A DNA stretch of 64,000 nucleotides from Acutalibacteraceae bacterium (GCA_045540355.1 JAZQHB010000008.1:31183-95182); one strand, 5' to 3'; positions 17,988-27,052 are shown, counted from the stretch's first letter. Program-made: numbers and translations. The notes: generated by a model from the letters alone, not told the origin.

Positions 17988-19034
17988 TTACCACTCCCAC
18001 CCTACAAAACTATCGGGGTATGTCGTGTAAACTATCAACACATTATAGTAACTGTTAATATTGCCCGATGTAACAACACAAGTAGCTGACACCATAGAAT
18101 GTGAAGTAGCATTTGCGCTGTAATACAACATATTAGCATTATGGCTAGGGGAATTATAGTAATTCGTGTAATATGTGTTAGCATCTCCATAGCCCAACAC
18201 ATAAGTCAAATTCTCTGCACTGCCGGGCATACCAGCGTGGCTTAACTGCCCGCTTTGTGCGATTGCCTTAATTCGGTCTTTGGCTTCCTGCTCTTTCGCA
18301 GAGTTCCAAGTCAATGCAGGAACACCATTGGCTGTTCTGTGTCCGTTTACCAAATCCAACATACCGGGTTCCAAGTACACCGAATAGGTGGTTTCTGCCG
18401 TTGCAGTGGAACCGCCCGTGCCTGCATCGGGTGTTGCAGGAGTTGTGGGAGTTGTTGTTTCGGGAGTGGAAGGAGTTGTGGGTGCAGGTGTAGGCTGAAC
18501 CACTACCTTTTCATTTCCCAAGTAATTGTTTGATACATAAGCAACTTCGCCGTTGTAAGAAATCTCGTACCAGCCCGTGCTTGCCTTGCCCGTTACCGCT
18601 ACTTCTTGATTGGTGGTTAAGCTACCCACTCTGTCGTATTCGGTGCCGGGACCTTTACGGACATTCACGGAACGCTGTGCATACATAGTTGCCGACATCG
18701 GCTCTACCGTGTAAGCAGGTTCTTCGGAAACTTCCTCGGAAGGTGTTTCTGATGTTTCAGAAGATGTTTCTTCCGAAACTTCTTCATTTACTTCTTCTTT
18801 CACTTCCTCGGAAACTTCTTCGCTGACCGCTTCCGATGTTTCCACTGATGTTTCTTCGCTGACTGCTTCCGAAACTTCTTCACTGATTTCTTCCGTTGTT
18901 TCTTCCGAAACGATTTCACTGGTTACTACTTCGTCTTTGTCTTTATCCTTGCAACCGGAACAACCGGAGAGGGTAGACATCAACATTACGGTCACTAAAC
19001 CGTACACTAACATTTTTGCATACTTTTTCTTCAT
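17988..19034 (-). CDS. Lipoprotein with acidic SEE/V repeats, SH3b-like domain and C-terminal CAP/SCP (YkwD-like) domain
   Basis: Lipobox LSGCSGC. SH3b-like VNVRKGPGTEYDRVGSL...GWYEISYNGEVAYV. CAP-like LVNGHRTANGVPALTWN...SHAG. Start moved to ATG 19034. Confidence 0.75.
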   Translation of the reverse strand: MKKKYAKMLVYGLVTVMLMSTLSGCSGCKDKDKDEVVTSEIVSEETTEEISEEVSEAVSEETSVETSEAVSEEVSEEVKEEVNEEVSEETSSETSETPSEEVSEEPAYTVEPMSATMYAQRSVNVRKGPGTEYDRVGSLTTNQEVAVTGKASTGWYEISYNGEVAYVSNNYLGNEKVVVQPTPAPTTPSTPETTTPTTPATPDAGTGGSTATAETTYSVYLEPGMLDLVNGHRTANGVPALTWNSAKEQEAKDRIKAIAQSGQLSHAGMPGSAENLTYVLGYGDANTYYTNYYNSPSHNANMLYYSANATSHSMVSATCVVTSGNINSYYNVLIVYTTYPDSFVGWEW

Positions 19035-19171
19035 AATAATCTCTCCTTTCAAGTTGAAAATTTGTTAGTCAAAAGTTTTTGTTGTTTGTTATGTACTCAT
19101 TATTACACATTTAGCAGTAAAAAGCAAATATTTACGATTTCGCACCCTTTTATTCGCAGAGGACAATCACG

Positions 19172-19196
19172 ATAAAGTAACAAATTGTTATTTTAT
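19172..19196. promoter_or_regulatory. Dispersed palindrome O1 (ATAAAGTAACAAATTGTTATTTTAT)
   Basis: One of six near-identical copies; lies in the divergent intergenic region upstream of prgI-virB4. Confidence 0.6.
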
Positions 19197-19322
19197 GTAT
19201 GATTATTGCATTATATACATTTTTCAAAAAATTACGATTTTAGATTGTTTTCATTTTTGTTTTCTGTATAATATACAAATATAAATGTAAAGTTTACAAA
19301 AAATAAAAAGAAGGGAGAATAT

Positions 19323-19715
19323 ATGCGTAGGGAACGAATAACGCCAAACAATGTAATACAAATCAACCGAATATTTGGTTTCAAAAAACGAAACCTTATT
19401 GAAGGTGTGGTATGGGCGGTAATTGCCGGACTGATAATCAACGCAATTCCATTCGTTGTGAAAGTAAAATGGATAGTTATTATCTGCGTAGGCATTGCCT
19501 TAATTATAGCAAATGCTTTCGGCATCAATGGCTATCCCGTATCAGCAACGGTCTTAAACTGGCTCAAATACCGCTACTATCTTAATCAATTTTCTTATAG
19601 GAGGTTAAACAAAGATGTTGGAGAATACAAAAAAATCACAGACGAAAAAAACAGGATTAGAACAATTACGGCAACTCGTTCAATCCAAAACATCAGAAAA
19701 TTCTTCGGACAGTAA
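19323..19715 (+). CDS. PrgI/TcpE/VirB3-like small T4SS membrane protein
   Basis: 130 aa, two hydrophobic helices, immediately upstream of (and overlapping) virB4. Confidence 0.6.
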   Translation: MRRERITPNNVIQINRIFGFKKRNLIEGVVWAVIAGLIINAIPFVVKVKWIVIICVGIALIIANAFGINGYPVSATVLNWLKYRYYLNQFSYRRLNKDVGEYKKITDEKNRIRTITATRSIQNIRKFFGQ

Positions 19716-22251
19716 AGTAAGTGTTCTCGGCAATGTCTTTGGGAAACTCAATAAGAAAGAGGAACAGCAACTCCACTTCGCCCAAGATATGATTGATGTA
19801 GAGGATATTGTAGCAGGACTTATTTTTACCAAAAGCGGTTCCGTGGTTAAAATCCTTGAAGTCCTACCACTTAACTTTACGGAAAAAGACGATTTTACAA
19901 AAGATATGATTGCAGATGCGTTTGGTTACGGATTAAAGCGTGGACCAAAAAACGCCCACATTAAAGTAATGCGTTCTCAATCCGACATCTCTCCTTTTAT
20001 CCGAAATGTCAGAGATGCTATGGCTGATGAAACCGACGAGAATTTAAGATTGCGTGTAGAAGATTATTTAAAGCACACACAACATCTGCAAGAGAGAAAT
20101 ACCCGTAAAAACCGTTTCTTCTATATCTTTGAATATGAAGGCGATGAAAACGGAAAGAAAAGTGCTGACTGGGACGAAGTATATACAAATATGAGGCAGA
20201 TTACCTACTCGGTTGCTACTGCCTTGCAATCGACTGGAAACTATGTTATTGACTACGCCTTAACGGGCGACAACATTTCCATTGCAGAAATATTGTACTC
20301 ACACTTCAATCCGAAGACTTCAAAAAAAGAACCGTTCAGCGAAAGACAGCGTAAGGTTATTGAAGCAATCAATTACATCAACCGGACAGAAGGCACTAAC
20401 ATATCGGCACCGTTGGAGGATTACTTGGCACCGAGAGGCTTACGCTTTGGCAAATGGGATTATGCGGTAATGGACGGTATGTATCACACTTACCTTTCCT
20501 TGTCAGACGAAAGTTTCCCGAAAGTAAGCTATGCAGGATTATTCACACAAAACCTTATGGAAGGCTTGGACGACTGCGATTTAGATATTTATTACAAGGA
20601 AAAGCCCCGCGAGATGTCGTTACGATTACTGGAAAGAACGGGAACCATATCGCGAGGCGTTGCACTCAATTATATCGGCGACAATCAGAAGCAGGAAAAT
20701 TTGCACAGCACATCAAGTAATGCGGAATACATAAGGGCAAGAATGAAAGACGGCGAAGAAGAACTGTATGATGTTTCCATTATTTTAACGATGCGTGCAA
20801 ATACACTGACAGAGTTAAGGGAAATGAAAAAGACCTACTTGCGTAATAAAAGGTCTGACAACTGTTCTTTTGAAAGTTGCTTTATGAAGACGCAGGAATA
20901 TTGGAAAATGGTTACTCCCACAATGAGTATCAATCAGCAGATATTTAGGGAAAACGCCCGCAATATGACAAACGACGGACTGGCAAATCTTTATTGCTTT
21001 AACTCTTACGAGATGTTTGATCCTGCGGGTGCTTGTATGGGTAAGACCGTAAAAGAAGACACACTCTTCTCTCTTAATAACTTCGATACCGCTAAATTCC
21101 CGAACCCGCATATATTCATAGCAGGTACTTCGGGTGCAGGTAAAACCTTTACGGAACTGATGCTGACAAGCCGTATGCGTATGCACGGTAGCCGTATTGT
21201 ATATATCTTACCGTTGAAAGGACACGAATATAAAGATGCCGTTCTTTCAATCGGTGGCGAATTTATATCTCTTCGCCCCGGCGGTAACAACTGTATTAAC
21301 ATTATGGAAATCAGACCGGAAGGCAGTGCAAAACTGGACGGATTAGACGATGCGGAAATCGCGGAAGAATTGGCAAAGATGCCTTCACTGCTCTCCAAGA
21401 AGATAACCAGTATCATCACTTGGTTACGATTACTTGTCGGCGAAGAAGACAGATTAACCGTAGAAGAAGTCGGAGAAATAAATGCTCTCTTGCAGGAGTT
21501 ATACGGAAACTTTGGCATCACGGAAGACAACAACTCCATTTGGCAGAACAAACAGAAAGGCATCTTAAAGCGTATGCCTATCATCGAAGATATGTATAAC
21601 GCAATGCTATCTAATGAACTGCTCTCCCGCCGTACTCCCGTCTTAAAGACTTGGGTATTCGGTAACTGCAAGAATATGAACCAGCAGACAAATGTTGATA
21701 TGACAAAGAAAGCGATTGCTTTCGATATTAACGAAGATTACATCGGCGAAGAATTACTCCCTGCATTTATGTATATCGCTTTCGATGCGGGATATGACAT
21801 CTGCAAGGAAGACGAATACGAAACCTGCGTAATCGCACTGGACGAAATTTGGAAGCTGTTGCAAATCTCTGCTTGTGCAAAACAGATTGACAAAATGATT
21901 AGAATACTTCGTGCGTATGGTGCGTCGGCAATTACTGCCACACAGGATATTGATAAGTGCCTTGAAAATGAGTTTGGTAAATCCATTCTCCAAAACTCGG
22001 CAATCAAGATATTCCTTAATGTCACCAAAGAAGAAATGGAGGTATTGGAAAAATCCGTTACCTTTACAGAAGAAAACAAACAAAATCTTCTCAACGCACC
22101 GAAGGGTATCGGCTTCGTAACCTACAAGTCGGAAAAAGTATTTGTTCGATTTATTGCGTCAGAATACGAAGAAGAACTCTACACTACCGACATCAATAAG
22201 AAGCGTGAGTTAAGACAACGGCGTATGAATAAGCGTACCGCATACGCATAA
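19615..22251 (+). CDS. virB4: VirB4-family T4SS ATPase
   Basis: 878 aa. Walker A FIAGTSGAGKTF; Walker B-like VIALDEIW. SD AGGAGG 10 nt before ATG 19615. Confidence 0.9.
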   Translation: MLENTKKSQTKKTGLEQLRQLVQSKTSENSSDSKVSVLGNVFGKLNKKEEQQLHFAQDMIDVEDIVAGLIFTKSGSVVKILEVLPLNFTEKDDFTKDMIADAFGYGLKRGPKNAHIKVMRSQSDISPFIRNVRDAMADETDENLRLRVEDYLKHTQHLQERNTRKNRFFYIFEYEGDENGKKSADWDEVYTNMRQITYSVATALQSTGNYVIDYALTGDNISIAEILYSHFNPKTSKKEPFSERQRKVIEAINYINRTEGTNISAPLEDYLAPRGLRFGKWDYAVMDGMYHTYLSLSDESFPKVSYAGLFTQNLMEGLDDCDLDIYYKEKPREMSLRLLERTGTISRGVALNYIGDNQKQENLHSTSSNAEYIRARMKDGEEELYDVSIILTMRANTLTELREMKKTYLRNKRSDNCSFESCFMKTQEYWKMVTPTMSINQQIFRENARNMTNDGLANLYCFNSYEMFDPAGACMGKTVKEDTLFSLNNFDTAKFPNPHIFIAGTSGAGKTFTELMLTSRMRMHGSRIVYILPLKGHEYKDAVLSIGGEFISLRPGGNNCINIMEIRPEGSAKLDGLDDAEIAEELAKMPSLLSKKITSIITWLRLLVGEEDRLTVEEVGEINALLQELYGNFGITEDNNSIWQNKQKGILKRMPIIEDMYNAMLSNELLSRRTPVLKTWVFGNCKNMNQQTNVDMTKKAIAFDINEDYIGEELLPAFMYIAFDAGYDICKEDEYETCVIALDEIWKLLQISACAKQIDKMIRILRAYGASAITATQDIDKCLENEFGKSILQNSAIKIFLNVTKEEMEVLEKSVTFTEENKQNLLNAPKGIGFVTYKSEKVFVRFIASEYEEELYTTDINKKRELRQRRMNKRTAYA

Positions 22252-22269
22252 ATACTCTTTATTATTACA

Positions 22270-22416
22270 TAAACACTCTATAAGTAGACAAAAGCACTTA
22301 ATAAGTCTTACTTAACACTCATTCACAAGTAATAAGCACTCATTAAATGCAATTATCTACTCTTATATCAACTTAAAACACTACTTACATAACCGTAAGC
22401 ACTACTTGAAAGGAGT
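22270..22416 (+). repeat. Seven tandem 21-bp phased repeats (core tAAgCACTcaTT)
   Basis: CACT cores at 22274, 22295, 22316, 22337, (TACT 22358), 22379 and 22400, an exact 21-bp register running into the SD of 22422. Confidence 0.85.
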
Positions 22417-22421
22417 TCTAT

Positions 22422-23036
22422 ATGAGTAAAATTATCAAAGGACAGCTTGAAGAAACAGTAACCGTAGAAAAAGCCGTATATAAGTACGGTTGCATACTGG
22501 CAGAGCAGATTGCAGATTTTATCCCGCCCTTAAAGAAGTTTGAAAGCAAGGAAAATCCGCATATTTCCATTATCAACCACCTTATTTCGGTAAGACATAT
22601 TGATATGCACGAAGGAATACTCTACCCGAAACAGAAGTTAGAGTACCAGCAGTCAATGGTCGACAGCCTATGGGTAATGCTTGACTACCTTAAATATGTG
22701 GAAGATGCACCACACCCGTCTAATATGCTGGCACGGTCACTTATTGCGGAACACCCTTGTACTCTCACATTTATCCCTACACCAAAACCTATGATAAAAA
22801 CCCTCTGCATCTATGATAAAACGCAGATTACTGATGTTTTATTCGAGCAGGAACGCTATAAAACGCAGGATTTTGGCGACGATGATGAAGGTAATCTCCT
22901 TTACTTAATCGTAGTAAAATCCGAAGCTGTATTAGATGCCCTTGGGGACTTGGATATTATCCTTCCACACAAAATAGCCTTTATGGAACAAGAAGGAAAT
23001 TGCCGTCCAAATATTCGCTATTTTAGCCCCTCATAA
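22422..23036 (+). CDS. Hypothetical protein (204 aa)
   Basis: SD GAAAGGAG; no motif recognised. Confidence 0.65.
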   Translation: MSKIIKGQLEETVTVEKAVYKYGCILAEQIADFIPPLKKFESKENPHISIINHLISVRHIDMHEGILYPKQKLEYQQSMVDSLWVMLDYLKYVEDAPHPSNMLARSLIAEHPCTLTFIPTPKPMIKTLCIYDKTQITDVLFEQERYKTQDFGDDDEGNLLYLIVVKSEAVLDALGDLDIILPHKIAFMEQEGNCRPNIRYFSPS

Positions 23037-23042
23037 TAAGGC

Positions 23043-23143
23043 AAATCGTAAGTTTTTCAAGCGTTCAAAACCTTACGAAACGGCTATTTTTCAAAAAATC
23101 AAAATCGAAAGTTTTTCAAAGCAAAAAACAGCGGTTTTTCATA
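23043..23143 (+). repeat. Four direct copies of an AAAnCGnnnGTTTTTCA motif
   Basis: AAATCGTAAGTTTTTCAA (23043), AAACGGCTATTTTTCAA (23078), AAATCGAAAGTTTTTCAA (23102), AAACAGCGGTTTTTCAT (23127). Confidence 0.6.
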
Positions 23144-23323
23144 GCTTTTCAGACTTTGCAAGCAACCGAGGTAAGAGATAAGGGTGGAAAGAAACCCTAT
23201 CAACTTACCAAAATCACAACCCGACAGGGCAACCAAGAACGAAACGGCAAAAAGGCAGGAAGAAAAGCTATGAAAAGACAGAAAACGACGACAATAAAGA
23301 GCCGTCGAAATAGGAGAAAAAAA

Positions 23324-24475
23324 ATGAGCAATACAGAAAAAAACTACCGCAAAGGCTATCGCGAAAAGCTGATACGCCTATCGCTTGCGTGTGGGGCGGT
23401 TCCCTTCAAATCGCTAAATCTCGTAATACCAAACATTGTCAGCTTGCAACACCGCTTGCGGGAAATGGTGCAGAATAACGAATTTAAAGTATACCACGAC
23501 GAAGATATATGGACGGTTGCTATTACTCCCGAAGTGTATGAGAAAATAAAGAACGACGAGAAGTTAAAAGAGCAGTTCGGAGAAGAACTGTTAAAGCACT
23601 ACGAGATGTATGGAAAAAAAGATTATGAAAAGGCTTGCTACTACACCAAGTTTACAAAACAGAAAGCAAGGCGTGTAATGAGAAACAACGAGGCACTACT
23701 GTTTATGCACGGGTGCGATATCACTTGCTTGCCGGGAGAGAAAAAGAGCGACTTACTCTTTTACAGTATTCAGCGCGAGAACCGCTACTACACTTCAAGG
23801 GAATTAAAACGCAATACCAACCTCGATGTGCTGGTAGAGGAAGAAAAAGAGAAACAGCTGGTACACGGTACCCGCATCAACGGAATGTTAAGTATCGGGA
23901 ACGAAACCTATACAGTAATCAATGTAGAGAAAACCTTGTATCAGTTCAGTGCCATAGGAGAACGAAGAACAAGACAGTATATCACGGAATTGTGTTATGA
24001 AAATAATATGCCTGCATTAAGCGGTTGCATCTTTTTGTATAAAGACAACTCCGTAATCAACAAGATAATGCGTCCTTCCACCGCCTATGAAATCAAATAC
24101 TCGCAGGCGATAATGAAAGCCTACGACGAAGACAATATGCTTGCCATTCCGCTGACACCGGACGGACAGAAAATGTTGAAATTGATGAAACAGCCGAATT
24201 GGAAAGAACATCTGCTATCTTCTGCCCTATCGGAAGAACAAAGGAAGTTAAACAAAGAAACTGTTGATTGTGACGGACGCGATACAGACGGGTATCACTT
24301 AATGTTTTGTATTGCCGACATTGCCAAGCTGAAACGATTTCTGTTCAGTGCAGAAGTAATGACCGACCATAAATTCTATATCTACTGTTTCAAGCATCAA
24401 CGCAGTTTATTAAAAACGGTTGCCAAAGGGAATGTTTATCTGCGAAGCATAGACATTGACGATATGGTAGATTAA
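23324..24475 (+). CDS. Hypothetical protein (383 aa) between VirB4 and the coupling protein
   Basis: Start moved to ATG 23324 behind TAGGAG. The upstream part of the tracked ORF is Lys/Arg low complexity over the repeat region. No motif recognised. Confidence 0.6.
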   Translation: MSNTEKNYRKGYREKLIRLSLACGAVPFKSLNLVIPNIVSLQHRLREMVQNNEFKVYHDEDIWTVAITPEVYEKIKNDEKLKEQFGEELLKHYEMYGKKDYEKACYYTKFTKQKARRVMRNNEALLFMHGCDITCLPGEKKSDLLFYSIQRENRYYTSRELKRNTNLDVLVEEEKEKQLVHGTRINGMLSIGNETYTVINVEKTLYQFSAIGERRTRQYITELCYENNMPALSGCIFLYKDNSVINKIMRPSTAYEIKYSQAIMKAYDEDNMLAIPLTPDGQKMLKLMKQPNWKEHLLSSALSEEQRKLNKETVDCDGRDTDGYHLMFCIADIAKLKRFLFSAEVMTDHKFYIYCFKHQRSLLKTVAKGNVYLRSIDIDDMVD

Positions 24476-24488
24476 GAAAGGAGAAATA

Positions 24489-26735
24489 ATGGGACTTAAA
24501 GATTTCTTCAACAAAGCAACAACCGACGAACCAAAAGAGATAGATAATGTTACTCCGTTAAACGAATTGTATGATGATTTAAAAGAACACCAAAAAGCCG
24601 TAATTTTCTATATTGTGGCAAGTGTAATTGTGGGTACCTTCCTGTCGGGACTGTTATACCAGTATATCATCACAATCTTCAATGAAGAACCGATTTACAT
24701 TCTCGCATCGTTCCGTTACGGAATTTCAAAGTCAACTATACTAACGCTTGTGATTATATTCCTGCTGATAGGTGGCGGGTTTAAGGCATACAGGTCGTTG
24801 CAGAGGAGTTATGTAAAAAACTACAAAGACAATTACTTAAAGAGTAAAAGTGAAACCTATGGCGGTTCCCACTTTCAGACGGAAGAAGAATTAAAAGAGA
24901 ATTTTGATTATTTCGATAATATTGAAGATACCAACGGAGAAGTATTCGGTATGGACGAATATGACAAAATTCTCACTTTCAAATACCCGCCGGGAATGAA
25001 CCATAATAAGATTTATTTCGGTGCCCCCGGAAGTGGTAAATCAGCCTGCGTTATTAAGACTGACCTTTACCAAGCGATGTTGCGTGGGGAAAGCGTTGTA
25101 CTTACAGACAGTAAGGGTGCGATATATGCAGAAACCAGTGCGGTTGCACGAAAGCTGGGATATAAGGTTAGGGTATTCAACTTAAAGCCCAAGGAGTTTA
25201 AAAACTGTGACGGCTACAATATGTTTAAGTCTATCCAGCCCGGCGACGATGATATTGATGCAAAAGCTGATGTTATAGCCAACCTTATTATCAAAAACAC
25301 CAGTACACCAAGAGAAGAAGGCGATTACTGGGGCAAGAACGAATTTAACTTACTGAAATGTGTGATTATGTATGTATCTACCAACGCATCGTACATTCAG
25401 ACTAATCAAAATAACTTGCCCGGAATGTTTAATTTTATATCCTCCAAATCCGCAAAAGATATGAAAGGTATATTTACTCTTATTCCGAAAGATAACCCGA
25501 TAAGACAGTGTTATGACATTTTCGCGGAAGCTGATGAAAAGAACCAAGGACAGATTATTAACGGTGCTGGTATCAGATTAAGCAAATTAACAAATGTATA
25601 TTTACAGCAGGCACTCTCCCACGATGAAATTGATCCGGTGGAACCTATGAAGCGTAAGTGCATCTATTATGTTATTATTTCCGATACGGACGACAGTTAT
25701 AAATTCTTGTCTGCACTCTTCTTCTCTACGCTTTTTAATGAACAGTGTGATTATTCTGATAAATTAAGCGGAGAAGCGAAAAGAAAGCAGTTGCCGATTA
25801 ACTATCTTTTGGACGAATATTATGCTACGGGTGGTATTTACGCCCTGCCGATTAAGATTTCTACTCTCCGAAGTCGTAAAATTGGACTTACTATTATCTT
25901 GCAGGATAAAGGACAGCTTACCTCGATGTATGAGGAAGGTGAAGTATCAACCATTCTTAACTGCTGTACGATTAAGGGACTGTTATCTACAAACGACTTG
26001 GTAACAGCGGAGTATTTCTCGGAACTGTTAGGTTCGCAGACGATTGTTGTTCAGAACGATAGAGTATATGAAAGCAGTGCCGATATTATCCACGCTAGAA
26101 ATACCGTGCAGAAGACATTTGGCGAAGGCGAAAGACCGCTGATGTACCCGTCAGACTTAATGAACGGTAAGTTATCAAGGGACGAATTGATTTATGTAAT
26201 TGCTGGTATGCCTCCGGTCAAACTCCGAAAGTATTTCTCTGAAAAAGGTGGCGTTTCAATCCACCCTCTTGAAATTCAAGGAGAAGAATTAGGAAGAAAG
26301 ATGCCACACAGACACCGCCCACGCTGGCGAAAGATTTTAGAGGACGGAATTGCAGTTCCCGAAGAAAAAGAGAAAAAAGCAGAACCTACTACTACTGCTA
26401 CTCCACCGCTTACGGCAAATAAACCAAGACCTGCCACTCCTACTCCCGTGCAGACGACTAAAAAGACCGAAACGACTGATAATACTGGAAAGGCTGGAAC
26501 TGTGGGAGAGAAGAGAAATAAATATACGCAAAGTTCTCCCGTAAATAATCCTACGGCACAAAAAGTAGAAACACCGTCTGCAAAGAATAATCCTGCACCC
26601 ACGCCTGCCACTCCTACTCCGCAGGCAAACACAAAACCGCAGGAACGGAACAAGAAATCAGAAACGGACGAAGATGCTATCCCGAAAAGAAAGACCGTTT
26701 GGAAAGAAGAAAAGATTGACGAAGACTTGTTCTAA
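24489..26735 (+). CDS. virD4: VirD4/TraG/TcpA-type type IV coupling protein
   Basis: Two N-terminal TM helices; Walker A FGAPGSGKSACV; Walker B-like YLLDEY; Pro/Thr-rich C-terminal tail. Confidence 0.9.
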   Translation: MGLKDFFNKATTDEPKEIDNVTPLNELYDDLKEHQKAVIFYIVASVIVGTFLSGLLYQYIITIFNEEPIYILASFRYGISKSTILTLVIIFLLIGGGFKAYRSLQRSYVKNYKDNYLKSKSETYGGSHFQTEEELKENFDYFDNIEDTNGEVFGMDEYDKILTFKYPPGMNHNKIYFGAPGSGKSACVIKTDLYQAMLRGESVVLTDSKGAIYAETSAVARKLGYKVRVFNLKPKEFKNCDGYNMFKSIQPGDDDIDAKADVIANLIIKNTSTPREEGDYWGKNEFNLLKCVIMYVSTNASYIQTNQNNLPGMFNFISSKSAKDMKGIFTLIPKDNPIRQCYDIFAEADEKNQGQIINGAGIRLSKLTNVYLQQALSHDEIDPVEPMKRKCIYYVIISDTDDSYKFLSALFFSTLFNEQCDYSDKLSGEAKRKQLPINYLLDEYYATGGIYALPIKISTLRSRKIGLTIILQDKGQLTSMYEEGEVSTILNCCTIKGLLSTNDLVTAEYFSELLGSQTIVVQNDRVYESSADIIHARNTVQKTFGEGERPLMYPSDLMNGKLSRDELIYVIAGMPPVKLRKYFSEKGGVSIHPLEIQGEELGRKMPHRHRPRWRKILEDGIAVPEEKEKKAEPTTTATPPLTANKPRPATPTPVQTTKKTETTDNTGKAGTVGEKRNKYTQSSPVNNPTAQKVETPSAKNNPAPTPATPTPQANTKPQERNKKSETDEDAIPKRKTVWKEEKIDEDLF

Positions 26736-26739
26736 TAAT

Positions 26740-26888
26740 TTGCAATCAGATATAAAATATGCTAATATAATCCTATGAACAAGATATATTCTTATTATAC
26801 TCTTGTTTCATACTTACCTTGATGCTTATAAGAAGTAAGCATTTCCTTTCTACACCTACAAGGATTGCCAACCTTGTAGGTGTTTTTT
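26740..26888 (+). ncRNA. Promoter (TTGCAA-N17-TAATAT) plus about 115-nt three-hairpin terminated transcript; sRNA candidate
   Basis: Hairpins ATGAACAAGA..TCTTGTTTCAT and ATGCTTA..TAAGCAT. Terminator ACACCTACAAGG..CCTTGTAGGTGTTTTTT. No SD-preceded ORF. Confidence 0.4.
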
Positions 26889-26894
26889 ATTCCC

Positions 26895-26919
26895 ATAAAG
26901 TAACAATTTGTTATTTTAT
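26895..26919. promoter_or_regulatory. Dispersed palindrome O2 (ATAAAGTAACAATTTGTTATTTTAT)
   Basis: Seen in sequence. Confidence 0.6.
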
Positions 26920-26981
26920 GTCCTATGCCATATCTCTTATATGTGGGTATAAGACACCACAAAATATCTTTTACTCTATCC

Positions 26982-27006
26982 ATAAAGTAACAAATTGTTA
27001 TTTTAT
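26982..27006. promoter_or_regulatory. Dispersed palindrome O3 (identical to O1)
   Basis: Seen in sequence, 87 bp from O2. Confidence 0.6.
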
Positions 27007-27052
27007 TAAATAAGTGCATTAAGTAAATTTTATTATCTCTTTCACATCTCAT

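Noticed and set aside
19172-19196. Equating the dispersed palindrome with a canonical Firmicutes LexA (Cheo) box
   Set aside because: The half-sites are TAAC/GTTA with a 5-nt spacer, not GAAC-N4-GTTC. The similarity is suggestive at most.
26795-27052. ORFs 26795..27052 (minus strand) and 26819..27013 (plus strand)
   Set aside because: They overlap each other, have no SD, and run across a terminator and the two palindromes. The region is better explained as non-coding regulatory DNA.
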